Part shown: piece by piece, positions 53,000 through 63,094 of the stretch | Layout of the letters: each line of letters starts with the position of its first letter | Position numbering within the stretch: position 1 is the first letter of the stretch | Origin: an uncultured Chloroflexia bacterium | Lineage (GTDB): Bacteria > Chloroflexota > Limnocylindria > Limnocylindrales > CSP1-4 | Direction: 5' to 3' | DNA length: 64,000 nt | Assembly (NCBI GenBank): GCA_963789725.1 | Contig: CAWBLU010000003.1 | Location: 387,170 to 451,169, forward strand | Notes under the pieces: generated by a model | The model's input: the letters and a program-made list of their open reading frames with translations, nothing else | Database searches by the model: none | Told to the model about the DNA's origin: nothing | Made by a program: the position numbers and the translations under genes

Positions 53000-53461
53000 A
53001 TGCACCTCTCCGGAGAAACCGAGATCGCGGCCACACGCCGACGCGTTTGGGAGACCATCAGCAACCCCAGCCGCGTCGCCGCCTCGAATTCGTCGGGCCA
53101 GGCCCAGATCGAGAGAGTCGACGACCGCCACTACAAGGTCACCGTCTCCGCGCCCTCCTCGATGATGCCAATCAATGTGGTCCTGGACCTGCAGATGACC
53201 GAGGTGGACGAACCGTCTCACATCGGCGCCACGATCGAAGGCGCGATCATGGGAGGAGCGATCAACGGCACCGGCTCGATAGACCTGGCCGAACTCGGGC
53301 CCAAGCTGACCAGGGCCACGTGGGTGGCCGATGCCACCCTGGGTGGGCTCCTCGGCGGCTTCGAATCGATGATCCAGGGACCGATCCAGAACGCGGCCCA
53401 CGAAGGCTTCGCCTCGCTCAAGGCCCGCCTCGAAGCCGAGGAGGCGGCGGCGGGGGAGTAG
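53000..53461 (+). CDS. SRPBCC-family protein (CoxG / polyketide cyclase-like)
   Basis: 153 aa with the CoxG-like profile (MHLSGETEIAATRRRVWETISNP...). ATG follows GGAGGAACG. Confidence 0.6.
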   Translation: MHLSGETEIAATRRRVWETISNPSRVAASNSSGQAQIERVDDRHYKVTVSAPSSMMPINVVLDLQMTEVDEPSHIGATIEGAIMGGAINGTGSIDLAELGPKLTRATWVADATLGGLLGGFESMIQGPIQNAAHEGFASLKARLEAEEAAAGE

Positions 53462-53570
53462 CCGGCGCACGGCTGGCCTCGGCTCTGCTCGAGTCGCTTC
53501 TGCGCTACTCGCGCTGGTCTGACGCCATCCGCGGGCACCCTCGCCAGCAGCCGAGCGCCTGCCGGCCGAA

Positions 53571-54128
53571 CTATCCCTGGCGCGTGTATGTGCCCGTCAG
53601 ATAGGTCTGGGCCAGAACCTTCGTGGTCAGCGCGGTGCGCACTTGCGCCGCCGACGGGGTTCCGCTCAGGCTGAGCCGCGAGGACAGCGCCCACAGCGTG
53701 AATCGGTAGTGGTGGGTGCCGGAAGGCGGGCACGGTCCGCCATACCCCTGCTGCCCGAAGTCGTTGCGACCCTGCGGCGCGATCGCGGTCGGCCCCACGC
53801 CCTCTGCCAACGATCCCTGCGTCCCGCCCGAAATGTCGAAGATGGCCCAATGGACGAACCCGCGGGCGTCGGGATCGTCGAGGATCAGGGCGAACGCGAC
53901 GGTGCCCCGCGGCGCTCCCTCCCAGACCAGCGCCGGCGACACGTTTGCCCCGTCGCACGAGTGTCGAACGGGGATTGCGCCGCCTTCGGCGAAGCTCGGA
54001 CTCGAGAGAACGAAACCGGCCATCGCTGTCTCCATCGCGGATTCGGCCGCGGGCGCCGTGGGCGACCCCGCTCCACTAGAGCATGACGTAAAAGAAAGTG
54101 CCAGCGCCAGCACAATTGCGCGCGTCAT
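53571..54128 (-). CDS. YbhB/YbcL-family PEBP (Raf-kinase-inhibitor-like) lipoprotein
   Basis: GGAIPVRHSCDGANVSPALVW ... DDPDARGFVHW ... GYGGPCPPSGTHHYRFTLWAL are the PEBP signature motifs. Signal peptide with a Cys lipobox; the start could also be 54152 or 54194. Confidence 0.75.
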   Translation of the reverse strand: MTRAIVLALALSFTSCSSGAGSPTAPAAESAMETAMAGFVLSSPSFAEGGAIPVRHSCDGANVSPALVWEGAPRGTVAFALILDDPDARGFVHWAIFDISGGTQGSLAEGVGPTAIAPQGRNDFGQQGYGGPCPPSGTHHYRFTLWALSSRLSLSGTPSAAQVRTALTTKVLAQTYLTGTYTRQG

Positions 54129-54210
54129 GCCCAATGTCTTGACACTTCCCATCGAGCGCAGGATGAAATGGTGCGGCCGGCGGGTCAAGACCACCAGACT
54201 TGCGCTCGAG

Positions 54211-54759
54211 TCAGGCTGTCACGCGTATGGCGATCGCAGCCAGGAGAGGGCGGTCGGCGGCAACTGGGCAGATCGCATGCCACACCTGTGCCATCGCCGT
54301 GATCTTCCACAAGCCGGGCGGCAAATGGACCAGCGCGTCCGTGGAGAACCATCGGTCAAAGTCGGAAGGCTGGGCGCTTGGGTCGAAGCCTGGGCCGCTC
54401 TTCCTGATCGGGGACGAGACCTGCTGTCCGGCCTCGAGCCGCGGGAACGTGCAATTCGGCGGGCCGCGGCCATCGACATGTCGAGGGCCGTCCAGCTGGT
54501 CGAAGGAGAAGAAGATCGGACCGCCGCCGGGGGTGCCGTAGTCGACTGCTTCCGGGCCGATGTTAGTGAGCCACGCGTGGCCCGTGATGGCCTCGGTCGT
54601 CTGCCAGTTCGCCTTGGGCATCTCGAAAGCGAGCCGGAACGATCCCTGACTGTCTTCGGCGCGGGCCGGGGTCGTGATGGTTGGGCCTGCCGTCGGGCCG
54701 GGTTCGCAGCCGGCAGCGGCCAGGCAGCAAGCGACCGCGGCGACCAGGTTTGCCCTCAT
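54211..54759 (-). CDS. hypothetical lipoprotein
   Basis: Signal peptide with AAAGC lipobox; no identifiable domain. Confidence 0.4.
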   Translation of the reverse strand: MRANLVAAVACCLAAAGCEPGPTAGPTITTPARAEDSQGSFRLAFEMPKANWQTTEAITGHAWLTNIGPEAVDYGTPGGGPIFFSFDQLDGPRHVDGRGPPNCTFPRLEAGQQVSSPIRKSGPGFDPSAQPSDFDRWFSTDALVHLPPGLWKITAMAQVWHAICPVAADRPLLAAIAIRVTA

Positions 54760-54819
54760 TCCACCCCTCACATCGCAGATACGTTTCGGCGTGTCTGCAG
54801 GTTCAGTTGCGACGCCGAC

Positions 54820-55941
54820 TCAGCGGTCTCGGTAGGTCTTCCGTTCCATGCTTTCGGTCGCGGCCCTGTGGACGGCCTTGTTGAAGCGGCGGGCTCGGTC
54901 GCGCTGCACGGCAACCGACGGCTGCTCCGCCAGTTCGTGGGCGAGGCGGCGGTAGCTCTTCAGACGGCGTTCGTCCAGTAGTCCGGACTCGACCGCCGAC
55001 CGAACCGCGCAGCCGGGCTCGAACCGGTGCGAACAGTCCGCAAAGCGGCATCGCAGGGCCAGCTCGACGATCTCCGCGAATGTTTCGTCGACTCCCTCGT
55101 CCGCGTCCCAGATCCCGAACTCGCGCATACCCGGGGTATCCAGCACCAACGCGCCGTTCGCGAGCAGGAACAGCTCGCGGTGAGTGGTGGTGTGCCGGCC
55201 GCGGGCGTCGTCCTCGCGGATCTCGCGCGTGACCATCAGCTCCTCGCCGGCCAGCCGGTTCAGTAGCGTCGATTTGCCGACGCCCGAAGAGCCGACCAGG
55301 GCGAGTGTCTGACCCGGCACGAACCAGCGAGCCACCGATTCGAGCCACTGCCCGGTTCGCGCGCTTATCGCCACCGCGGCGACGTGCAGTTCCGACTCGA
55401 TCCGAGCGGCCTGTTCGGCGGCGTCGTCGACCAGGTCCGCCTTCGTCAGCAGCAGGACGGGCTCCGCGCCGGATTCGCGCGCCATCGCAACGTACCGCTC
55501 CAGGCGGCGCGGATTGAGATCGTGATTTAGTGACGTGGCGATGAAGAGCGTGTCCACGTTCGCGGCGATCGTCTGCGCGCCCGGACGCGAACCCGCCGCC
55601 TTGCGGCGAAAGGCCGAATGCCGCGGCAGCGTCGAGTGGATGGCCGAGATCCCGCCGTGGGGCGACTCCAGGCATACGACCCAGTCGCCCACGGTCGGGT
55701 ACTCGTTGTCGCCGGCGGCGCGACGAAGCTTGCCCGTGGGCGAGGCCGTCGTCTCGCCCTTCTCGCCGATCACGATCCACATGCCGCGGTGCTGGGCGGT
55801 TACTCGAGCCGGCCACATGCCGGAATCGGCGAACGGCGCGAAAGCCTCGCCCCAGCGGGAATCCCAGCCCCAGGCCGCCAGAGAGTGGGGGAGCGACGCA
55901 GCGTTCGGCGCGGCGCCGCTCCCATCGGAAACGGATGTCAT
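54820..55941 (-). CDS. rsgA: ribosome small-subunit biogenesis GTPase RsgA (YjeQ/EngC)
   Basis: Circularly permuted GTPase motifs LVGSSGVGKSTLLNRL and DTPGMREF, and a C-terminal zinc finger CRFADCSHRFEPGC. ATG at 55941 is 1 nt after the permease stop. Confidence 0.8.
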   Translation of the reverse strand: MTSVSDGSGAAPNAASLPHSLAAWGWDSRWGEAFAPFADSGMWPARVTAQHRGMWIVIGEKGETTASPTGKLRRAAGDNEYPTVGDWVVCLESPHGGISAIHSTLPRHSAFRRKAAGSRPGAQTIAANVDTLFIATSLNHDLNPRRLERYVAMARESGAEPVLLLTKADLVDDAAEQAARIESELHVAAVAISARTGQWLESVARWFVPGQTLALVGSSGVGKSTLLNRLAGEELMVTREIREDDARGRHTTTHRELFLLANGALVLDTPGMREFGIWDADEGVDETFAEIVELALRCRFADCSHRFEPGCAVRSAVESGLLDERRLKSYRRLAHELAEQPSVAVQRDRARRFNKAVHRAATESMERKTYRDR

Positions 55942-55942
55942 G

Positions 55943-56743
55943 TCAGCCAACCCTCTTGAGCTTGCCGGTCCGCTTGGCGTAGCGCTCGGCCCGGCCGAAA
56001 CCCCACAGCCCAAGCGGGATGAATACGAAGGCCATGACCGTCAGCGGCCACAGGTCGGGTAGCAGCTGGGTGACCGACGCGCCGTCGATCAGGGCCCGCC
56101 GGACCGCATCGAGTACGTACGTCGCGGGTGAGATCCGGGATATCAGCTGCATCCAGCCCGGCAGGATGTCGGTCGGATAGTAGACGCCGCTTACGAGCAG
56201 CAGGCACGACTGAAGCACGAAGACCATCTGCGAACCTCGCTCGACCGACATCATCGGTAGGATCGCGGCAAGCATCCCGATGCCGATGAAGCTGGCGGAG
56301 CCCACGACCATGAACATCGCCGCGGCCGGAACGTTCGCCCGCCCGAGATCGAGCGAGAAGAACAGGGCCAGGACGATGAGCAGGATCGTCGTGTGGATCA
56401 GGCCGTAGATGACCGCGTACAGCGCCGATCCGAGCAGCTGCACGGAGCGCCGAACGGGCGCCATCATCGTGTACTCGAGGGTGCCTTCCCAGCGCTCCCA
56501 GGTGATCGTGTCGCCGATCGACTGGAAGACCACCGACAGGTAGTTCCAGAAGACGGCGCCTACGACGAGCAGCATCAGCAGCCGCGTGCTCCCGACCGAT
56601 TGACCGATCAGGGACACGGACAGGGCGCCCGCCACGGCGTAGACCAGGAAGGCGACCTCCCAGCCGAGGTAGCGTTTGGTGAGGTTGAAGTTGCGCTCCA
56701 CGAAGGCGTACCCGGCACGCGCTTCGCGATGAACTGCGATCAC
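55943..56743 (-). CDS. ABC-2 type transporter permease
   Basis: GTG start after AGGAGA. N-terminus IAVHREARAGYAFVERNFNLTKRYLGW and six TM segments typical of ABC-2 exporters. Confidence 0.7.
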   Translation of the reverse strand: MIAVHREARAGYAFVERNFNLTKRYLGWEVAFLVYAVAGALSVSLIGQSVGSTRLLMLLVVGAVFWNYLSVVFQSIGDTITWERWEGTLEYTMMAPVRRSVQLLGSALYAVIYGLIHTTILLIVLALFFSLDLGRANVPAAAMFMVVGSASFIGIGMLAAILPMMSVERGSQMVFVLQSCLLLVSGVYYPTDILPGWMQLISRISPATYVLDAVRRALIDGASVTQLLPDLWPLTVMAFVFIPLGLWGFGRAERYAKRTGKLKRVG

Positions 56744-57128
56744 GGTTGTATCTCCTGTGACGAACCGGCATTGCGGGTTCGTCGGTTGGCGTCGCCGCCC
56801 GGCGCCGGCTCGAATCCGCCGATCCCTGAGATCGGCGACCCGAGGCTCAGCGTCGGGCGGCAAGCTGGAGCGGCGAGTCGGCCGCGATCCTCGATCCGAT
56901 TTGGATCAAGCCGTGGCCGATTCGCTTGCGGATTGAACGGGGCGGCGCCGGAGCCCGGTCGTTGATCCGGAACTGGAGCCTTCGCTCGATCTCGCGTTGA
57001 CGTTCTCTGTGTATGTCCCGCGCTATCTGGTGCGTGAACAACTGAGTTTCCCTTTCGGAAGTGATATGCAAGTTGGTGCGACCGTGGGCCGCCGAGCGGC
57101 GCCGTCTGGTGGTTGTCATCTGGCGCTC

Positions 57129-58007
57129 CTAGTCGGTCGGGTCGGCTTCGCCCTCCTCGACGTCGTCGTCGAGGGAGCGGCCGGTGTATTTCATGAACAC
57201 GCTTTCGAGGGTCGGCTCGGCGCCTGTCTCGGCTATGTCCGTCGTGAGTCGTTCGGGCGTACCTTCGGCCGTCAATCGGCCGCCGGCCAGGATTCCGATT
57301 CGCCCGCAGAGTCGATTCGCCTCCGCCAGGTCGTGCGTCGTGAGCACGATGGTGGCGTCGTGGTCGGCCTGGAGCTCCTCGATGAATGTCTGAACGTCGA
57401 GCTTCGAGCGCGGATCCAGCCCCGTAGTCGGCTCGTCCAGCAGCAACAGCGTCGGGCTCGTCAGGAGGGCCCTGGCGATCGCGACCTTCTGCTGCATGCC
57501 CCGGCTCATCTGCTCGAGCGGCCGATTCATCCGCTTCTCGCCGATGCCGAGGCGGGCCAGGATCTGGACCGCCTCACGCCGGGCGACGTTCGGATTGAGG
57601 CCGTAAAGGCGGGCTGCGAAGGAAAGGTTCTCGGCCGGCGATAGCTTCTTGAAGAAGGCGGCATCGACGCTGACCCTGTTGATCAGCCGCTTGACCGCCA
57701 TCTCCTCGCGAACCAGGTCGTGTCCGAAGACTTCGACCCGGCCCTCGTCCAGGGTGAGCAGCCCGCTCACGAGGCGAATGAAGGTCGACTTGCCGCTGCC
57801 GTTGGCTCCCAGCAAGCCGTAGATCTCGCCTCGCTCCATTCGGATCGAGACGTCGTCGACGGCGACGACTGGGGGCTTGCGACGGTCCACCTTGAACCGC
57901 TTGGTCGCGTGTTCGACCAGGAGAGCGGCGGGGCCCATCGGCAGTGGCTTGAGGACCGGCCGGCTCGGGGCCGGCAATTCTGTTGGTGCTAGTACCGCGA
58001 TGCTCAT
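57129..58007 (-). CDS. ABC transporter ATP-binding protein
   Basis: Walker A GANGSGKST, Q-loop, signature LSRGMQQKV, and Walker B LLLLDEPTTGLD. Confidence 0.85.
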   Translation of the reverse strand: MSIAVLAPTELPAPSRPVLKPLPMGPAALLVEHATKRFKVDRRKPPVVAVDDVSIRMERGEIYGLLGANGSGKSTFIRLVSGLLTLDEGRVEVFGHDLVREEMAVKRLINRVSVDAAFFKKLSPAENLSFAARLYGLNPNVARREAVQILARLGIGEKRMNRPLEQMSRGMQQKVAIARALLTSPTLLLLDEPTTGLDPRSKLDVQTFIEELQADHDATIVLTTHDLAEANRLCGRIGILAGGRLTAEGTPERLTTDIAETGAEPTLESVFMKYTGRSLDDDVEEGEADPTD

Positions 58008-58382
58008 GTCGCCTCCCTGCTAGGTGGCGCTCGCGGATCTCGGAACCGCGAGCTGGGTGGGAGCGGAATGGGCTCGCGGCTTCGCCCTCGAGACGTACGA
58101 CGCCTGCAAGAGGGCATGAAAAAAGCCGGGGGCCCGATCTGGCCCACGGCTCAGAGGTTCTACCGGCGGTTTCTACCGCCTGGCTCTACCTCTCGGTGGG
58201 CGCAGATCTCCCGCACACGGCGAAGCTGCCGCTCGCCTGAGCGGTCGTCGCCGGAGCCTTAGAGAGATTGCGCACCATTCACCTCGTAATGCGGCTGCCT
58301 GTCTAGCAGACCGGCGCAGGATACGCGATGCCGGAAAGACCTGTCAACGACAGTAATCGTCGAGCGAGACAAAGGCGACTCC

Positions 58383-59537
58383 TCAGGAGACGACAACGCC
58401 GGCTTGAGCCTCTTCTTGGAGGTTCTCATCCGCGGATCTGGTCGATCCGATATGAGACTGTTGCCGCGGCGCGCTCGTGGCCGCCGCGGCCGTCGCCTGC
58501 CGGCTGCTCTCGCGAACGATCAGCGTGGGCTCGAGGAGGGTCATCTCAGGGATGCCATCGTCGGTTCGGCGGGTCTGTCTCGACCGGCCGATCAGTTCGT
58601 CGATCTCGTTGACCGCAAGTTCGCCGGCGTCTCCCAGGGGTTGGTGAACGGTCGTAAGGGGTGGCCAGAAATGGGAGGCTTCGGCGATGTTGTCCACGCC
58701 CACGACCGACAACTCGTCCGGTACACGCTTCCCGAGGCGATGCGCGGCATGCAGCACGCCCAGCGCCATCTGATCGTTGCTGGCAAAGATCGCGTCGATG
58801 TCGGGGCAGGACTCGACCATGCTGTAGAGCGCCCGCTCGCCGCTCGATACCGTCCAGTCGCCCTCGACGATCAGGGCATCATCGATCACGTGACCGTGAG
58901 CCAGGAGCGTCTCGCGCCAGCCCTTGAGGCGTTGCTGTGCCTCCCACCAGGTCGGCGGCCCGGTGATGATGCCGACATGCTTGGCCCCGCCCGAGATGAG
59001 ATGCTCGGCGGCGAGGCAGCCGATGGCGGAGTTGTCGATGGCGATGGAGGGCAGGTCGGGCTGACCGGTCATGCCCCCGACGAGAATCACCGGCACGAGA
59101 AGCTCAGTGATCCGCGTGCGTAGCCAATCTCGATTGTCGCCCATCTCCGGTATGGCCCAGATGATGCCGTCGACCTGCCGGGCCGAGAGGCTTTCGAGGA
59201 GGTGCGCGACGTCGTTGGTCTCGGGCTCGAGGATCAGGTTCAGCATGATCGCGTAGCCGAATTCGGCCGCGCGGCGCTCGATGGCCGTGAGAACTCGCGA
59301 CGGGCCGAAGTAGTCCAGGCCGTAGGCGACCACGCCCAGCACGTGACTGCGACCCTGGGTAAGGCTTCGCGCCAGCATGTTTGGGGCGTAGCCGGTCTCG
59401 CGGATGATCTCCTGGACGCGGCGTAGCGTCTCGGGTGCCACGTCGGGCCTGTTGTTGAGGACGCGCGACACCGTCTGAGTCGATACGCCTGCCGCGGCCG
59501 CGACCTCTCGGATGGTCAAACGCTTTCGTTGGGCCAC
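58383..59537 (-). CDS. LacI-family transcriptional regulator
   Basis: N-terminal HTH LTIREVAAAAGVSTQTVSRVLNN...TLRRVQEIIRETGYAPN, plus a periplasmic-binding-fold sugar-binding domain. Confidence 0.85.
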   Translation of the reverse strand: MAQRKRLTIREVAAAAGVSTQTVSRVLNNRPDVAPETLRRVQEIIRETGYAPNMLARSLTQGRSHVLGVVAYGLDYFGPSRVLTAIERRAAEFGYAIMLNLILEPETNDVAHLLESLSARQVDGIIWAIPEMGDNRDWLRTRITELLVPVILVGGMTGQPDLPSIAIDNSAIGCLAAEHLISGGAKHVGIITGPPTWWEAQQRLKGWRETLLAHGHVIDDALIVEGDWTVSSGERALYSMVESCPDIDAIFASNDQMALGVLHAAHRLGKRVPDELSVVGVDNIAEASHFWPPLTTVHQPLGDAGELAVNEIDELIGRSRQTRRTDDGIPEMTLLEPTLIVRESSRQATAAAATSAPRQQSHIGSTRSADENLQEEAQAGVVVS

Positions 59538-59633
59538 TAACGGTTCCTCCCCGATCGTCGAGAGCTTGCCCCTCAGTATCAGGCCCGTCGCGGGACTTCG
59601 CCTATTGACTCCCGTTCGACGGCCATGCTAGAT

Positions 59634-59671
59634 TGTTACCGCTCCCGTTACCGTTACCGGGAACGATAACA
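59634..59671. promoter_or_regulatory. candidate LacI-family operator (imperfect palindrome)
   Basis: TGTTACCGctccCGTTACCGTTACCGGGAACGATAACA. The core 24-mer GTTACCGTTACCGGGAACGATAAC is 20/24 self-complementary and lies in the LacI/sugar-ABC intergenic region. Confidence 0.4.
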
Positions 59672-60253
59672 TCAGCCAGACCAGTTAGCAACGAAGAGAG
59701 AGACCAGGGTTGGGGAGGACGCACGCGGCCTGCCGCGTCGCAGACATGGGAGCCCCTGAGAGCGCAGATCGACATCTGGGTCCGTCCGGAGTTGATGGCA
59801 GCAGTTCGGTAGCGGCTTGGGAACGCACATAAGAGACGGGTCCGGATCTGTAACCGGAAGCGCCGAATGCAATTGACGGCTGCACGAATGCGCTGTGAGA
59901 GAGGTCCGTCAAACGCTCAACGGCCCTGCGCTAGGGCGCAGCGGCGTAGACGCTAACCGACCGAGCGGGTCGCATGTCGCTCCCGCGGGAGCGACCAACC
60001 AGAGGCAGAGGCACCTTCGGCCGAACCCCGGCCTTGAACCGGCCAGTCCGGTTTTGGACCGGGTCGAGGGCCGTCTCGGCCTGTCGGCTGTCCTGAGGAG
60101 GTGCCGATGGCATCACAAGTCACCTGACTGACTGAGGCAAGGACCTGGCACGAGTCGGAGGCTCAAGCCCAACGAGGCAGTAGAGAGACTGCCCCTTCCG
60201 GACAAGTGCAGGAGAACTCCACTACTGCCCGTAGCAGACACGGAGACCAACAA

Positions 60254-61273
60254 ATGACGAAGTCTCGAACTCTCCGGATTGCCATGGCGCTGCTTGCGGT
60301 GTCGGCCGTCGTCGGCGGATGCTCCAGCGCTGCAGCCACGCCGACCCAGCGGGTCTATGACTACAAGGACATGACGGTCGGGTTCATCCAGACCGGTTCC
60401 GAGTCCGGCTGGCGCGCCGCGAACACCTCCTCGTTCAAGGAGACCGCGACCGCGGACGGCATCACCCTCAAGTTCTACGACTCCCAGAACAAGATCGAGA
60501 ACCAGATCACTGCCTTCAACCAGTTCGTGCAGGATCCGGCCGTCAACGTGATCGTTCTCGCCGCAGTCGGCACCACCGGCTATGACGACGTCCTCAAGGC
60601 CGCCAAGGCCGCCAACAAGGTGGTCGTCATCGAAGACCGCCGCATCGAGGCCGACGCGAGCCTGTACTACACGTACATCGGCTCGGACTTCAACCTAGAA
60701 GGCCACAAGTCCGCCGCGGCGATGTGCGACCTGCTCAAGGCCGCGGGCAAGACGACCGCCAACATCATCGAGATCGGTGGCGACCAGGCCGCTTCGGCCG
60801 CGATCGACCGCCACAAGGGCTTCGGCGAGGCCCTCGCGGACTGCACCGCGGTGAAGATGACGGTCCTCGACTTCCAGAACGCCCCAGGTTGGGACCCGGT
60901 CCAGGGCAAGGCCATCATGGAAGCCTTCCTCAAGAAGTACCCCGGCCAGATTGACGCCGTCTACGGCCACAACGACGAACTCGCCATCGCCGGCATCCAG
61001 GCTGCCGAGGCCGCTGGCCTCAAGGCTGGCAAGGATGTCCAGTTCGTGGGTGTCGACGCCACCGCTGACGGTTTCAAGTACCTCATCACCGGCCAGTTGG
61101 GCGCTGACATCGAGTGCAACCCGCTCCTCGCCCCGCAGGTCTACAAGGCCGCTCTTGACGGTCTCAACGGCGTCACCGGCCAGTCGTCCTGGGTCCCCTC
61201 TCAGGAGGGCGAGTTCTTCGCGGCCCAGGGTGCCTCCGCTCTGCAGGCCATCCTCGATACCCGGAAGTACTAA
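60254..61273 (+). CDS. sugar ABC transporter periplasmic substrate-binding lipoprotein (RbsB/monosaccharide-binding family)
   Basis: Lipobox VVGGCSS and periplasmic-binding-protein type I profile (VGFIQTGSESGWRAANT...). ATG at 60254 chosen within the longer ORF. Confidence 0.75.
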   Translation: MTKSRTLRIAMALLAVSAVVGGCSSAAATPTQRVYDYKDMTVGFIQTGSESGWRAANTSSFKETATADGITLKFYDSQNKIENQITAFNQFVQDPAVNVIVLAAVGTTGYDDVLKAAKAANKVVVIEDRRIEADASLYYTYIGSDFNLEGHKSAAAMCDLLKAAGKTTANIIEIGGDQAASAAIDRHKGFGEALADCTAVKMTVLDFQNAPGWDPVQGKAIMEAFLKKYPGQIDAVYGHNDELAIAGIQAAEAAGLKAGKDVQFVGVDATADGFKYLITGQLGADIECNPLLAPQVYKAALDGLNGVTGQSSWVPSQEGEFFAAQGASALQAILDTRKY

Positions 61274-61329
61274 CCTGGTTTCCAAGGTACGTTGACTTGT
61301 CGGAGTCGGCGTACTGAGTAGGTCGCGCA

Positions 61330-61358
61330 GGGGAGAAGCGGCTTGTCCGCTTCTCCCC
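61330..61358 (+). terminator. perfect 12-bp hairpin (intra-operon terminator/attenuator candidate)
   Basis: GGGGAGAAGCGG-cttgt-CCGCTTCTCCCC, downstream of the binding-protein gene and upstream of the ATPase gene. No U-tract follows. Confidence 0.45.
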
Positions 61359-61567
61359 TCGCCTGAACGGCACCTGCCCGAACGGCCCAATCTTCCCAGG
61401 ATTGGCCGCAGCCGCAGGACCCGCTGACGCAGAGGCCGCCGTCCCAGGCCCGCGCCGGGAACTGTCGCTGGCAGCAATTAGTTCGCCATCGCCGCGAGCC
61501 GGACCACCGGCTCTTCCACAGACGTGCCTGTTGGTTCTGTCGAGCCGCATGACCTGAAGGTGACTCA

Positions 61568-63094
61568 ATGCCAGACTCCGACCGAGAAATCATCGCAATG
61601 ACGGGCATCGACAAGTCCTTCCCTGGCGTGCATGCGCTCCAGAACGTGGACTTCTCTCTGGCCAAGGGCGAGATCCACGCTCTCGTCGGCGAGAACGGAG
61701 CCGGGAAGTCGACCCTGATCAAGATCCTCACAGGCGCCGATCGCGCCGACAAGGGAACCATCGAGCTCGACGGCCGAGTCGTGTCGGTCCGGTCGCCACT
61801 TCAGGCGCAGGAGCTCGGCATCAGCACGGTGTATCAGGAAGTCAACCTGTGCCCGAACCTGACCGTCGCCGAGAACGTGCTGATCGGCCGGCAGCCATCC
61901 CGCTTCTTCGGTTTCAGCGTCGACTGGAAGAAGCTCAACGACCAGGCGCGCGAGTACCTGAAGGAGCTGGGCGTCGAGATCGACGTCACCAGGCCCCTCG
62001 GCTCCTACTCGGTCGCGATCCAGCAAATGGCGGCCATCGCCAGGGCGCTCGTAATCTCCAACGCGAAGGTCCTGATCCTCGACGAGCCGACTTCCAGCCT
62101 CACCGCCAACGAGACGGCCCAGCTCTTCGCCGTAATGAGGAAGTTGCGCGCCGACGGCATTGCGGTCCTGTTCATCACCCACTTCCTTGACCAGGTCTTC
62201 GAGGTCTCCGACCGCGTCACCGTCTTGAGGAATGGCACCCTGGTTGGAACGTACCCGACTTCGACGCTGGACAGCTTCCTGCTGATCAGGCTGATGCTCG
62301 GCCGGAGCATCACCGAGCTCGACGACATGACGGCCCACAAGATCGAGAGCAGCCACCACATCAGGGCCGAAGCCCTCCTGGAAGCAGCTGACCTGGGGCT
62401 CTCCAACTCGATTGACCCCTTCACGCTGACGCTCCACGCGGGCGAAGTCGTTGGACTCGCCGGACTTCTCGGTTCCGGGCGGACCGAAGTCGCGAATCTC
62501 CTCTTCGGAGTCGACAGGCCGGATACCGGCTCGATGACCATGGACGGCAAGCCGGTCACGGACTTCACGCCGGCGGGCTCCATCCATCGCGGCATTGCTC
62601 TCTGCCCAGAGGACCGCAAGGTCGAGGGCATCATCGCGGACCTCAGCGTCCGCGAAAACATCATTCTGGCCATGCAGGCCGGCCTCGGCTGGTTCCGGAG
62701 GATCGGCACGAAGGAGCAGTACGAGATCGCCGACAAGTACATCAAGCTCCTGAACATCAGCACGCCGACGGCGGATCAGCAGATCAAGAACCTCAGCGGC
62801 GGCAACCAGCAGAAGGTCATCCTGGCTCGCTGGCTGGCCGCGAACCCGCGGCTTCTGATACTCGACGAGCCCACGCGCGGCATCGACGTCGGCACCAAGG
62901 CAGACATCCAGAAACTCGTGCTGTCGCTGGCCGAGGAAGGCAAGTCGTGCGTCTTCATCTCCTCCGAGCTCGACGAGGTGCTCCGCACGAGCCATCGGAT
63001 CGTGATCATGCGAGACCGCGCCAAGGTCACCGAATTCTCAGGTGAGGTAGACGAGACGGAAATCATGAAGGCTATTGCAGGATTTGAGTCATGA
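61568..63094 (+). CDS. sugar ABC transporter ATP-binding protein with two fused nucleotide-binding domains (RbsA/XylG-like)
   Basis: Two NBDs, each with Walker A (GENGAGKST; GLLGSGRTE), signature (LSGGNQQKV) and Walker B (LILDEPT). Confidence 0.85.
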   Translation: MPDSDREIIAMTGIDKSFPGVHALQNVDFSLAKGEIHALVGENGAGKSTLIKILTGADRADKGTIELDGRVVSVRSPLQAQELGISTVYQEVNLCPNLTVAENVLIGRQPSRFFGFSVDWKKLNDQAREYLKELGVEIDVTRPLGSYSVAIQQMAAIARALVISNAKVLILDEPTSSLTANETAQLFAVMRKLRADGIAVLFITHFLDQVFEVSDRVTVLRNGTLVGTYPTSTLDSFLLIRLMLGRSITELDDMTAHKIESSHHIRAEALLEAADLGLSNSIDPFTLTLHAGEVVGLAGLLGSGRTEVANLLFGVDRPDTGSMTMDGKPVTDFTPAGSIHRGIALCPEDRKVEGIIADLSVRENIILAMQAGLGWFRRIGTKEQYEIADKYIKLLNISTPTADQQIKNLSGGNQQKVILARWLAANPRLLILDEPTRGIDVGTKADIQKLVLSLAEEGKSCVFISSELDEVLRTSHRIVIMRDRAKVTEFSGEVDETEIMKAIAGFES

